Positions 1-8,876 of a stretch of DNA of 48,553 nt are shown here, piece after piece. Below the pieces are notes generated by a model. The model was not told the origin of the DNA and made no database searches. It saw nothing but the letters and a program-made list of their open reading frames with translations. Each line of letters starts with the position of its first letter. Position 1 is the first letter of the stretch. Source of the DNA: a virus (Duplodnaviria; Caudoviricetes); the IMG/VR virus record IMGVR_UViG_3300010376_000048, positions 1 through 48,553 of that record. One strand, written 5' to 3'. The position numbers were made by a program, and so were the translations under genes.

Positions 1-40
1 GTTGGGGGGGGAGGCGCGTCCGCTTGGTGGTATCTCCCCT

Positions 41-182
<142 letters not shown>

Positions 183-346
183 CCCGGAGGCCCATTGCCT
201 CCGATTGGAATGCCCCACAATCGCCCAGCGCAGCCCACCTATTCGTTTCCCCACCTGCCCCGCTAGGGTACTAGCGGCCGAATTGAAAAACGCACCAGCG
301 AGCTTCCTAGCGCGTTTTTGAACAAATCGTGAACATTCCAGCCAAC

Positions 347-377
347 AAAAAAGGCAGGGAGCAATCCCTGCCTCTTT
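347..377. terminator. Probable bidirectional intrinsic terminator downstream of the leftward early genes
   Basis: AGGCAGGGA-GCAA-TCCCTGCCT hairpin with an A-run on the left and CTTT on the right. Confidence 0.75.
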
Positions 378-396
378 GCCTCCTATGGGCTTGGGC

Positions 397-675
397 TTAG
401 ACCCTTCGGCCCGCTGCCAGTTGCTTCGCTTCCCACTCTTTGAACGTCTCCTTAGCCTTCGCCTGTGGGACATAAGCGAAGTCAAACTTGCCATTCCCTA
501 ACTTCTTATAACTGATCCTAACCGTCCGTCCGCCTTTCTCCATTGCCTCACGAAACTGTTGCTCGGCTGCCATTAGGATATCAAAAGCTTGGGCGCGATC
601 TTCGTCCAAGTCCGCAGAAGTGACGTCGTTGCGCCAATCAAGATCGATCTTCCCATTATTCCCATTTCCAGCCAT
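397..675 (-). CDS. Hypothetical early protein (ends GRRV)
   Basis: 92-aa ORF with strong GGAGG SD directly downstream of the hammerhead. Confidence 0.8.
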   Translation of the reverse strand: MAGNGNNGKIDLDWRNDVTSADLDEDRAQAFDILMAAEQQFREAMEKGGRTVRISYKKLGNGKFDFAYVPQAKAKETFKEWEAKQLAAGRRV

Positions 676-688
676 TTCAACCTCCTAT

Positions 689-742
689 GGGCTCATCAGT
701 GCCGGACCATACCGGCAGACGGGGCAATGCCCCGTTTCGCCC
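689..742 (-). ncRNA. Type II hammerhead ribozyme
   Basis: Minus strand reads GGGC-GAAA-CGGGGC(AUU)GCCCCG-UC-UGCCGG(UAUGGU)CCGGCA-CUGAUGA-GCCC. All core nucleotides and three perfect stems are present; GUC cleavage is predicted between 718 and 717. Confidence 0.93.
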
Positions 743-984
743 TAAAACTCCCTAATCGTGCTCCACTCTTGACCATTCCACTCTTGAACGACTGCTCTCA
801 CCACCTCAAAGGCCGAATATGTGCTTTCGACCATGTTAACCGCGATAGTCTCTATCAAATCCTGGTGCTGATAATGCACCCTAGTCGAGGCTACCACGAC
901 CTTACCGCTCTCGTCGTATCCCAAAGCTCGGAGTGGATATTCCCAATGTGCTGGTGCGTTCACGTTCTCTTGGTGTCTAGTCAT
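742..984 (-). CDS. Hypothetical early protein
   Basis: ORF with GGAGA SD before ATG 984; the stop codon overlaps hammerhead stem II. Confidence 0.6.
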   Translation of the reverse strand: MTRHQENVNAPAHWEYPLRALGYDESGKVVVASTRVHYQHQDLIETIAVNMVESTYSAFEVVRAVVQEWNGQEWSTIREF

Positions 985-1248
985 GTCGTTCTCCAATGAC
1001 TTCGCCCCCCCCGGCTATATGCCGGACCATCACAACGCTCACACTACGTGGGGCTTGTCAAGAGCATACCTGCTATGCGTTTCCATCCTAGCTCCATCCA
1101 CCAGCTTTGCCTTCGCCACCCCCGGGGCCCAAACTCGATCGGCTCGCGCGGGGGAGAGGTGTCCCGCAAATTTTTTATGTTTCTCCCACCATATATTTTT
1201 TCACATTTTTCCGAACCAAAATAATTTCCTTCCGGAGCAAAATTTAGC

Positions 1249-1276
1249 TTGACTTTTTTGGGGAAGAGGTTATCAT
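1249..1276 (+). promoter_or_regulatory. Sigma70-like promoter for the packaging/virion operon
   Basis: TTGACT-N16-TATCAT with an AT-rich upstream region; same flanks as the promoter at 44636-44664. Confidence 0.65.
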
Positions 1277-1282
1277 GGTAGG

Positions 1283-1450
1283 ATGGGCACTTCGCAAAAG
1301 AAGGAAGCTTGGCGGAAGGTTGAGGCCGGGTTCCGGCAGTGGCGAGACCGGCGGTTGAGGCCGACTTTGGCAAAGGTGGTGTGGCTTGAGCGAGAAGATG
1401 AAGAAGCCGGTGATCCTGAGGTTGAGGGACACCCACCACATGATGGCTAG
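1283..1450 (+). CDS. Putative leaderless 55-aa protein (not in ORF track)
   Basis: ATG 6 nt after the -10 box; MGTSQKKEAWRKVEAGFRQWRDRRL... Confidence 0.4.
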   Translation: MGTSQKKEAWRKVEAGFRQWRDRRLRPTLAKVVWLEREDEEAGDPEVEGHPPHDG

Positions 1451-1919
1451 GCTCTTTGCGGCCGGGCTGCGTCCTGGGCAGGTGGCGGCCAGGATGGGCT
1501 ACTCGCTGTCGAGGGTGAGCGTCCTCCAGGGAGCCCCGCAGTTTCAAGACCTGGTGGCGGCCTATCGCGAAGAGGTGGATGGGCGCTACCGAGAGGCCGT
1601 TACCGACCTCCTCTCGGAGTACACCGAGATCACGGTTAGGAATGGCGTGATGGCCGCGAGGCTCACCCACGATACCCTTGAGGAAGCGGAGCCTGGTGAC
1701 ATCGCGCTGAAGGACCTGACCGCGATTTCAGCCCACACAGCGGATCGGTATGGCTTCGGGAAGCAGCGGACGAACGTCAACGTCAATGTTGGGATTGCGG
1801 ATGCGCTTGACCGCTGTGTTGAGCGCAGTGGCATTCGTCGCCAAAGGGAGCCTAAACTGGTTGAGGCCGCCCCCGCCCCGGTGCCCTTGCCGCGTTCCAG
1901 GTTCGAGCGGAGGATCTAA
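1386..1919 (+). CDS. Probable terminase small subunit (N-terminal HTH); ends FERRI
   Basis: HTH-like GLRPGQVAARMGYSLSRVS, helical middle, NVNVNV beta-strand, position upstream of TerL; start may be ATG 1398. Confidence 0.65.
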   Translation: MSEKMKKPVILRLRDTHHMMARLFAAGLRPGQVAARMGYSLSRVSVLQGAPQFQDLVAAYREEVDGRYREAVTDLLSEYTEITVRNGVMAARLTHDTLEEAEPGDIALKDLTAISAHTADRYGFGKQRTNVNVNVGIADALDRCVERSGIRRQREPKLVEAAPAPVPLPRSRFERRI

Positions 1920-2140
1920 TGCTGATGCACATGGTCCGAAGCGCGAACGTCAAGGCGGTTGGCCACAACCCAATCACCAACGAGCTGTTCATTGAGTTCA
2001 AGGGCAGCGGGCTCTACGTCTACGAGGGGGTCCCCTCGGAGGAGTTCGAAAGGCTGATGGGCGCGCCAGGGATCGGGCGCTACCTAGCGAGGCACATCAA
2101 GGATCGGTACAGGTTCCGTCGGCTCTCCACCGACGGATAG
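1919..2140 (+). CDS. KTSC-domain protein
   Basis: VRSANVKAVGHNP..ELFIEFKGSGLYVYEGVP..FERLMGAPGIGRY...IK matches the KTSC pattern. Confidence 0.85.
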   Translation: MLMHMVRSANVKAVGHNPITNELFIEFKGSGLYVYEGVPSEEFERLMGAPGIGRYLARHIKDRYRFRRLSTDG

Positions 2141-2153
2141 GGGAGTCCTTCCG

Positions 2154-3647
2154 TTGAGCGACGCCTTACTCGCTTGGCTCGGAGATTGCACTGAGGAACC
2201 CCTCGCGTTCGTCCTCGGGGCGTTTCCTTGGGGCGAACCCGGGTCTAGGCTTGAGCACTTCTCGGGACCTGAGCCTTGGCAGGCCGAGATTCTGGAGTTG
2301 ATCGCGGAGGGACTCCCCATTGACAAGGCTATCCAGATCGCCACCGCTTCGGGTCACGGGGTCGGCAAGTCAGCCTTGGTCAGCTGGATCATCCTCTGGG
2401 CCATGGCGACCAGAGCGGACACCAGAGGGGTGGTGACCGCCAACACCGAGCCCCAGCTGAAATCGAAGACCTGGGCCGAACTCGGCAAGTGGTACCACCT
2501 TTGCATCGCCAGAAGCCTCTTCAAGCTGTCCGCAACCGCCATCTACTCCGTTGACCCCGACCACGAACGCACCTGGCGGATCGACATGATCCCGTGGTCA
2601 AAGGAGCGCCCAGAGGCCTTCGCGGGCCTGCACAACCAGGGCCGTCGAATCCTCGTTGTCTTCGATGAGGCCTCGGCCATTGCGGATGTGATTTGGGAAA
2701 CCACCGAGGGAGCCCTGACCGACAAGAACACCCAGATCATCTGGGTGGTGTTCGGCAATCCAACCCGCAACTCCGGCAGGTTCAAGGAATGCTTTGCCGG
2801 GGGCGTCCACGAAGGAATCTGGACGACCTATCAAGTCGACGCCCGGCAGATTGAGTTCACCAACAAGGTGCAGATCGACAACTGGATCAAGACCTACGGG
2901 GAAGACTCAGACTTCGTTCGCATCCGGGTCAAGGGCGAGTTCCCGCGCACTGGTGAGATGGAGTTCTTCTCCGCCACCGAAGTTGAGGCCGCGATGAAAC
3001 GGGAGGTTGATAATGACCCAACGGCCCCGCTCGCCCTTGGCTGTGACGTCGCGAGGTTCGGTGCGAATAATTCTGTCATCTGGCTACGCAAGGGTCGAGA
3101 CGCTCGTAGCATCCCTCGCCAAGTCTTCCAAGGACTCTCCACCGTTGATCTTGCCCAGAAGATATACGCCGCCAATTCGACATACTCTGCTGACGGAATC
3201 TTCATCGACGGGGGTGGGGTCGGAGGAGGAGTGATTGACAATGTTAGGCACATGCACCTGTACTGCTACGAGGTTCAGTTCGGATCGAAGGCTTCGGGTC
3301 TCGGCTTCATCACCGGAACCGAAGGTGAGCGCTACGCCAACAAGCGCGCAGAGATGTACGGAATGCTCCGGGCTTGGCTTCGCACTGGAGCCATTCCCCA
3401 CGACCCAGAGGTTCAGAAGCAGCTCATGTCCATCACCTACACCTTCAACCTGAGGGATGAAATCATCCTGACCTCGAAGGAGACGATGATGAGGGACGGC
3501 AAAGACAGCCCTGATGATGTGGATGCCCTTGCCTGTACCTTCGCCATGCCGCTGGAGAGGCTCAACAACGCGGGGGGCGACGGTCCCCACAAGCCTCTGG
3601 TCGAGAGCGAGTACAATCCTTGGTCACCTGAAAGGATGGTGGCGTGA
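2154..3647 (+). CDS. terL: Terminase large subunit
   Basis: Walker A GHGVGKS, Walker B VVFDEAS, GNPTR coupling motif, RNase H-like nuclease LGCDVARFG...IDGGGVG...SPDDVDAL. Confidence 0.95.
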   Translation: MSDALLAWLGDCTEEPLAFVLGAFPWGEPGSRLEHFSGPEPWQAEILELIAEGLPIDKAIQIATASGHGVGKSALVSWIILWAMATRADTRGVVTANTEPQLKSKTWAELGKWYHLCIARSLFKLSATAIYSVDPDHERTWRIDMIPWSKERPEAFAGLHNQGRRILVVFDEASAIADVIWETTEGALTDKNTQIIWVVFGNPTRNSGRFKECFAGGVHEGIWTTYQVDARQIEFTNKVQIDNWIKTYGEDSDFVRIRVKGEFPRTGEMEFFSATEVEAAMKREVDNDPTAPLALGCDVARFGANNSVIWLRKGRDARSIPRQVFQGLSTVDLAQKIYAANSTYSADGIFIDGGGVGGGVIDNVRHMHLYCYEVQFGSKASGLGFITGTEGERYANKRAEMYGMLRAWLRTGAIPHDPEVQKQLMSITYTFNLRDEIILTSKETMMRDGKDSPDDVDALACTFAMPLERLNNAGGDGPHKPLVESEYNPWSPERMVA

Positions 3648-3874
3648 TGATGTCTTCCTCCCCTCAGCTTCCCCAGGTTCCCCCCGCGCCACCCACGCCA
3701 CCTATGTTTGGGGACACCACTGGCGTTCCGACGAAGCCCAAGAAGGGCGCGCAGCCGGGGCAGGGCCTCTTTGATCAACAGCAAGTCCGTCAGAACGTCC
3801 TGGGTTCCCCGCCAGGGACGACGATCAACCTGAACATGGCTGGCGCGCCTAGCGGAAAGACGGCATTCGGATGA
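3644..3874 (+). CDS. Small Pro-rich protein preceding portal
   Basis: Coupled start/stop overlaps on both sides; position typical of BPP-1/T7-like head modules. Confidence 0.65.
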   Translation: MMMSSSPQLPQVPPAPPTPPMFGDTTGVPTKPKKGAQPGQGLFDQQQVRQNVLGSPPGTTINLNMAGAPSGKTAFG

Positions 3875-4188
3875 CGATGACCGTTCCAGGCAAGGGTGGC
3901 GGCCAGCGCCAACAGGGCGAAGCTCCCCAGCCTTCGCAGACCGATCTGCTGCTTGCCGTGGGCATCATGCGCAACCTTGGGCGGATGCCGGACCAGCAAA
4001 CAGCCCAGGCTGACATCGAAGACCGTCGTCAAGAGCCAGAGGCTGAGTGGGTCAAGCGGTTCATGGAGAACAAAGGCCCGGGCGACCAGAAGGCCGTGCT
4101 TCCTGCGGACATCGGTGAGGTTGGATCGCTCTCCGACCAAGCTGGCTACCATGACATCGTTGCCCCGAAGAAGAAGGGCAAGAAGTGA
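3871..4188 (+). CDS. Hypothetical protein
   Basis: ATGA overlap upstream, TGATG overlap with portal. Confidence 0.6.
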   Translation: MTMTVPGKGGGQRQQGEAPQPSQTDLLLAVGIMRNLGRMPDQQTAQADIEDRRQEPEAEWVKRFMENKGPGDQKAVLPADIGEVGSLSDQAGYHDIVAPKKKGKK

Positions 4189-5930
4189 TGGCTCAGACCG
4201 CCTCAGTCATCCGCATGCCCGACCAAGGCGACCTCGAGCTCCGTCGCCACGGTGAAGGTCGGATGATCGGGCTCCGCACCAACCGCTACTCCTGGTGGAC
4301 CCATTGGAGGGAACTTGCTGATTACTTCCTACCTCGTCGCTATAAATGGCTCATCACTCCGAACCAAATGGCACGAGGTTCTCCAATTAACCAGCATATT
4401 ATTGACATTACTGGGACACTTGCTGCACGGAATCTTGCTTCTGGCATTATGTTTGGCGTCACTGATCCTGCACGCCCTTGGTTCGGCCTCAAGGTTGATC
4501 GCATTGACTCTACTCAAACATCTCCGGTCTCGCTTTGGCTTGCCGAAGTCGAACGATTGATGTTCATGGTGATGGCCGAGTCGAACTTCTACACCTCCCT
4601 GGCCGTCCTCTACTACGACCTCGTCGTCTTCGGCACCGGGGTCATGCTGATCTACGAGGACTTCGATAAGGTCATCCGTTGCTTCAACCCCTGTGCTGGG
4701 GAATACTACCTTGAGAACTCCGACGGCTTTAGGGTCGACTCCCTCTACCGGGAGTTCACCCTCACCGTGTCGCAGGGCGCGCAGAGGTTCGGGCGGGAGA
4801 ACCTGTCCCCAGCCCTTCAGCAGCTCTATCTTCAGGGCGGGGCCTCTCTAACCAGGGAGTTCGTCTGTGCACACGCTGTTGAGCCCAACGACGACGGACG
4901 GAAGTTCGGAGTCCCCAGCCACTTCAAATACCGTGAGTATTATTGGGAATGGGGAGGCTCTGCGTCTCCTCAAGGTGGATCAAGCTACGCTCCAGGACTT
5001 CTACGTAAGGGTGGCTTTCATGAGGCACCTTTCGCGATCCCCCGATGGGACTTGGTGGCCAACGACGCGTATGGACGAAGCCCCGCGATGGATGCTTTGG
5101 GTGATGTGAAGCAACTTCAAGTCGAGACCCGTCGCAAGGCCCAAGCTATTGACAAGCTCGTCAATCCCCCGCTGGTTGCTGACATTCAGATGAAGAACCA
5201 ACCGGCTTCCCTCCTTCCGGGTGGTATCACCTACATCCCCGGAATGATCAGCAATCAGCGGCCGGGGATGGCGCCAGTTTACACCGTGGCCCCTCCGCTT
5301 AAGGAAATTACGGAAGACCTTCAGGACGTTCGGGAGCGGATCAAGGAAACCTTCTTCAACCATCTCTTCATGACCATTTCGCAATATGAGACAAGGAGCA
5401 ACGTCTCCGCAACTGAGATCGATGCCCGTAGGGCTGAGTCCATGGTCATGTTGGGCCCCGTGCTGACTCGGGTCAACGAGGAACTTCTCCAAGTTGCCAT
5501 CGATCGAATCTTCAACATCATGGCCCGCTCCAACATTCTTCCCCCACCCCCGCCCGAAATCCAAGGACGACAGATCGATGTCGAATTCGTCTCCATGCTT
5601 GAGAATGCACAGAACGCAGCGAGAGCCAGCGGCATCGAGAGGCTCTTTGCCATTGGTGGTCAAGTTGCCGCTATTGATCCCGCGGCCATCGATAACATCG
5701 ACATCGACTTCGGACTTGACGAATACTCGGCTCTGCTGCGAAATGATCCTCGAATCATCCGGAGCCCGGATCAGCTCCAGACCATCCGCCAGGGCCGCCA
5801 GCAGCAGCAAGAGCAACAGCAGAGGCAGCAGCAGGCCTTGGCAATGGCGAAGTCGATGAAGGACGCGGCTGGCGCGGCTGCACAGATGCCTCAAGGCCAG
5901 GGAGGGCCCGGTGGCCCGCAAGGAGGATAG
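4188..5930 (+). CDS. Portal (head-tail connector) protein, T7 gp8/BPP-1-like
   Basis: W..LADYFLP, LASGI..G.T.P.RPWF, DLVVFGTG, PRW....DAYGRSPAMDALGD.KQLQ, SATEI..R..E....LGPV; Q-rich C-terminus. Confidence 0.93.
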   Translation: MAQTASVIRMPDQGDLELRRHGEGRMIGLRTNRYSWWTHWRELADYFLPRRYKWLITPNQMARGSPINQHIIDITGTLAARNLASGIMFGVTDPARPWFGLKVDRIDSTQTSPVSLWLAEVERLMFMVMAESNFYTSLAVLYYDLVVFGTGVMLIYEDFDKVIRCFNPCAGEYYLENSDGFRVDSLYREFTLTVSQGAQRFGRENLSPALQQLYLQGGASLTREFVCAHAVEPNDDGRKFGVPSHFKYREYYWEWGGSASPQGGSSYAPGLLRKGGFHEAPFAIPRWDLVANDAYGRSPAMDALGDVKQLQVETRRKAQAIDKLVNPPLVADIQMKNQPASLLPGGITYIPGMISNQRPGMAPVYTVAPPLKEITEDLQDVRERIKETFFNHLFMTISQYETRSNVSATEIDARRAESMVMLGPVLTRVNEELLQVAIDRIFNIMARSNILPPPPPEIQGRQIDVEFVSMLENAQNAARASGIERLFAIGGQVAAIDPAAIDNIDIDFGLDEYSALLRNDPRIIRSPDQLQTIRQGRQQQQEQQQRQQQALAMAKSMKDAAGAAAQMPQGQGGPGGPQGG

Positions 5931-5932
5931 CA

Positions 5933-6145
5933 ATGTCAGCAGGTAGCCTAGGTGCCCAGCGAGTTCGGGAGTCGTTCAACCCGAGCGCTGACTCAATGGT
6001 AGACAAGATCAAACGATACACAGCTGACCTAATCGATCTGTGTGAGGAACTCAAAGGCCTCGATCCGCGTCTAGCTGCATTAGCCCAAACAGCCTACGAA
6101 GAAGCCGCTATGTGGGCTGTCAAGGCGGCAACGACTAGCAAGTGA
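5933..6145 (+). CDS. Acb2/Tad1-like helical hairpin protein (candidate immune-signal sponge)
   Basis: FNPS...VDKIK...ADLIDL...RLAALAQTAYEEAAMWAVKA pattern resembles the Acb2/Tad1 hairpin family. Confidence 0.55.
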   Translation: MSAGSLGAQRVRESFNPSADSMVDKIKRYTADLIDLCEELKGLDPRLAALAQTAYEEAAMWAVKAATTSK

Positions 6146-6146
6146 G

Positions 6147-6353
6147 GTGGCTGTGGTCAAGTGTGAATATGCTTGGTTTAAGTTTGAACTGCCATTGAAG
6201 GAAGGTGTCATCGTTGCCGATACCTTGAAAGTGGAAATGAATAGGATTGGCGCGGACGGTTGGACGGTGTTCCATTTCTCCAGCACCTTTACTCCTACAT
6301 GCGACAAGGAAATCGTCATGGTCTGGGCCACGAGGCAGAAAGATGGCATATGA
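6147..6353 (+). CDS. Small protein, DUF4177-like
   Basis: KCEY...LKVEMNRIGADGW pattern. Confidence 0.45.
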   Translation: MAVVKCEYAWFKFELPLKEGVIVADTLKVEMNRIGADGWTVFHFSSTFTPTCDKEIVMVWATRQKDGI

Positions 6354-6783
6354 CCCGACTAATCGCAAACATGTCAAAGCTGCTGAGCGTTCTGCTAAAC
6401 AGGCCGCGGACGAGGCCAGACAGATCGTCGTTACCATCATGGGTCTTACCCAAGGTCGACGATGGATGCACGACAGGCTCAAAGCCGCCTCAATCTTTGC
6501 CACCACGTTTAATGGCAATGCTCTACAAACCGCCTATAACGAAGGCAGAAGGTCCGTCGGCCTCGAAATCCTCGCGGAGATCATGTCTTCGTGTCCTGAT
6601 CAGTATGTCCAAATGATGAGGGAAGAAAATGCCCGAAGCAGCGCCCTTGAGCGAACCTTCACCGGCCCCGAGCCCGAGCCCGAGCTTGCCCTTGGAGACC
6701 CCGAAGGAGACGACGACTCAGACCGAAGGTCCAGGGTCTATTCTTCTGGAGAAGACAGCGGAGCCCGCGAAGGTCGTACCTGA
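6343..6783 (+). CDS. Head-module protein (BPP-1 Bbp19-like) with acidic tail overlapping the scaffold gene
   Basis: IMGLTQGRRW...IF.TTF....TAYNEGRRSVGL motif; position between portal and scaffold. Confidence 0.75.
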   Translation: MAYDPTNRKHVKAAERSAKQAADEARQIVVTIMGLTQGRRWMHDRLKAASIFATTFNGNALQTAYNEGRRSVGLEILAEIMSSCPDQYVQMMREENARSSALERTFTGPEPEPELALGDPEGDDDSDRRSRVYSSGEDSGAREGRT

Positions 6784-7258
6784 AACCTACGCTGATTACA
6801 AGCTACCCGATGGCTTCGAGCTCATTCCAGAGGTGGCCACTGAGGCCAATAAGATGTTTAAGGCCGCTGGGCTCTCACAGGAGCAAGCGCAGGAGTTTGT
6901 CAATTTTTACGTTGCGAAGTCACAGGAATCCTTCGACCAACCGGTGAAGGCCTGGCTGGCGACGCAAGAGGAGTGGAAAGCCAAGATTAGGGATGACCCC
7001 GAGATCGGTGGTGCTAACCTAGACAAAGTCCGGGTGACTGTTGCCCGGGCGGTTGATGGCCTTGGCGATCCACAGTTGGCGAAGGACTTTAGGGAAGCGA
7101 TGGTCATGACTGGCGCAGGGAACAACCCAGCCTTCGTGCGCCTGTTCTATCGCATTGCCCAGAAGATCACCGAGGGTGGTCACGTCCAAGGTTCGCCACA
7201 ATCGCAGCCGAAGCCCGCTTCTTGGGCTCAGGCGCTTTACCCCAACCTCCAGCCATAA
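6629..7258 (+). CDS. Capsid scaffolding/assembly protein
   Basis: Pro/Thr-rich N-terminus, PETY.DYKLPDG, GLSQEQAQ, DPEIGG, G.GNNPAFVRLF, ALYP end; immediately before the MCP. Confidence 0.85.
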   Translation: MPEAAPLSEPSPAPSPSPSLPLETPKETTTQTEGPGSILLEKTAEPAKVVPETYADYKLPDGFELIPEVATEANKMFKAAGLSQEQAQEFVNFYVAKSQESFDQPVKAWLATQEEWKAKIRDDPEIGGANLDKVRVTVARAVDGLGDPQLAKDFREAMVMTGAGNNPAFVRLFYRIAQKITEGGHVQGSPQSQPKPASWAQALYPNLQP

Positions 7259-7267
7259 GGTCATCCC

Positions 7268-8311
7268 ATGGCAACCCTAGGCGCAACTGCCCTTACATAC
7301 CTCGACTGGGCAAAGCGGGTTGACGATGGTTACCAGATCGCCTCGATCATCGAGATGCTGTCTCAGACCAACGAAATCCTTGAGGACATGCTTGTCATCG
7401 AGGGCAACCTGCCAACCGGCCATAAGACGACCGTTCGGACCGGCCTTCCGCAAGCCACTTGGCGCTTGCTGAACCAAGGTGTGCCGAACGCCAAGTCAAC
7501 GACCGCGCAGATCGTCGACACCTGCGGCAACCTTGAGACCTACGCGGTGATCGACAAGGACATCGCGGACCTCAACGGCAACACGGCCTCCTTCAGGCTC
7601 TCGGAGGTTAAGGCCTTCCTCGAGGGCATGTCTCAGCAGGTGGCTGCGACGGTGGTTTACGGGAACCAGTTCATCAACCCTGAGCGGTTCACCGGCTTCG
7701 CTCCGAGGTACTCGACAAAGAACACCACCAACTCGATGACGGCCAACAACGTCCTCGACGGTGGTGGGACTTCCTCAACCAACTCCTCGATCTGGATCGT
7801 GACGTGGGGTGCGGACACCTGCCACGCGACGTTCCCAAAGGGCAAGGTCACCGGCCTTCAGCATCGGGACATGGGTGAGTGGCCCGTTACCGACTCCTCG
7901 GGCAACACCTATCAGGCCTACCGCGACCACTTCAAGTGGGAGATCGGCCTCGTGCTGAGGGATTGGCGCTATGTCGTTAGGATCGGGAACGTTGATGTCA
8001 CCCAGCTTACCGGTGTGGCGGCAGCGAACCTGATCAACCTGCTGGTCCGGGGGCTCTATCGGTTGCCGACCGCTCCGGTCTCCGCGACCACCATCCAGAC
8101 CTCCGACTCGCCTGAGGTTCGGGCGAACATGGGGCGGACGGTGATCTACTGCAACCGCGTCCTCCGCACCTACCTCGACCTCCAGGCGATGAACAAGACC
8201 AACGTCCTGCTTCGGATTGAGGAGTTCGATGGGAAGCCCGTGACGACCTTCCGTGGCATCCCCATCCGCACTGTGGACGCAGTCCTCAACAACGAAGCTC
8301 AGATCGTGTAA
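7268..8311 (+). CDS. Major capsid protein (BPP-1-like)
   Basis: IIEMLSQTNEIL.D, EGNLPTGHKTTVRTGLP..TWR..NQGV, GL..RDWRYVVRI.N, F.GIPIR.VD. Confidence 0.93.
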   Translation: MATLGATALTYLDWAKRVDDGYQIASIIEMLSQTNEILEDMLVIEGNLPTGHKTTVRTGLPQATWRLLNQGVPNAKSTTAQIVDTCGNLETYAVIDKDIADLNGNTASFRLSEVKAFLEGMSQQVAATVVYGNQFINPERFTGFAPRYSTKNTTNSMTANNVLDGGGTSSTNSSIWIVTWGADTCHATFPKGKVTGLQHRDMGEWPVTDSSGNTYQAYRDHFKWEIGLVLRDWRYVVRIGNVDVTQLTGVAAANLINLLVRGLYRLPTAPVSATTIQTSDSPEVRANMGRTVIYCNRVLRTYLDLQAMNKTNVLLRIEEFDGKPVTTFRGIPIRTVDAVLNNEAQIV

Positions 8312-8321
8312 GGAGCAAGCC

Positions 8322-8867
8322 ATGATTATCGACTTCTTTGGACAGTTCACTGGTGGCTCTGGTGCCCCTGGCAACAACGACGGAGCGACGGACAGCCCGA
8401 CTACGGGAACCCAAGGCTCCTCGAACATCCTCGACCTCCACATGGCTGGCATCCCTGTCCTTGCTTCGGGCCAGGGCGCCAGGGACCTTGGGATCGGTGA
8501 CGACCCGGCCCTCAAGTTGATGGTTGAGGTCACCACCGCCTTCACTGGGGGGACCAGCCTTCAAATCGCCATTCAGGGCTCGCCCGACAATGGTTCTGGC
8601 GCTCCGCTTGGCTTCCAGAACTACGTCTTGAGCGCGGTTGTGCTTGAGGCCAGCCTGATCGTCGGGTCTCGATTGCTCGACATCGATCTGCCCCGGCCCC
8701 CGCCTGGCGTTCCATTCCCGAGGTTCCTGACCCTCGCGTACATCTCCGCGGGAACCCATGGGGCTGGAAAGCTCCGAGCTGCGTTGGTCCTCGATCGCCA
8801 CGATCAGCCCTTGCAGGCCAACGCGATCCTTGGTGGCTATCCCGCTGGCGTGTTCATCGCCAACTAG
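8322..8867 (+). CDS. Capsid cement/decoration protein (Bbp16-like)
   Basis: MIID..., SSNILDL, RDLGIG, V.VTTAFTGGTSLQ..IQGSPDN, RFL.L.Y; AGGAG SD; follows the MCP. Confidence 0.75.
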   Translation: MIIDFFGQFTGGSGAPGNNDGATDSPTTGTQGSSNILDLHMAGIPVLASGQGARDLGIGDDPALKLMVEVTTAFTGGTSLQIAIQGSPDNGSGAPLGFQNYVLSAVVLEASLIVGSRLLDIDLPRPPPGVPFPRFLTLAYISAGTHGAGKLRAALVLDRHDQPLQANAILGGYPAGVFIAN

Positions 8868-8876
8868 GAGGTCGAG

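Noticed and set aside
5001-5933. Long antisense ORFs (5001-5933, 24787-25902, 15078-15863, 7775-8545 and others)
   Set aside because: They shadow well-supported genes on the opposite strand, as expected in GC-rich DNA, and show no recognisable motifs
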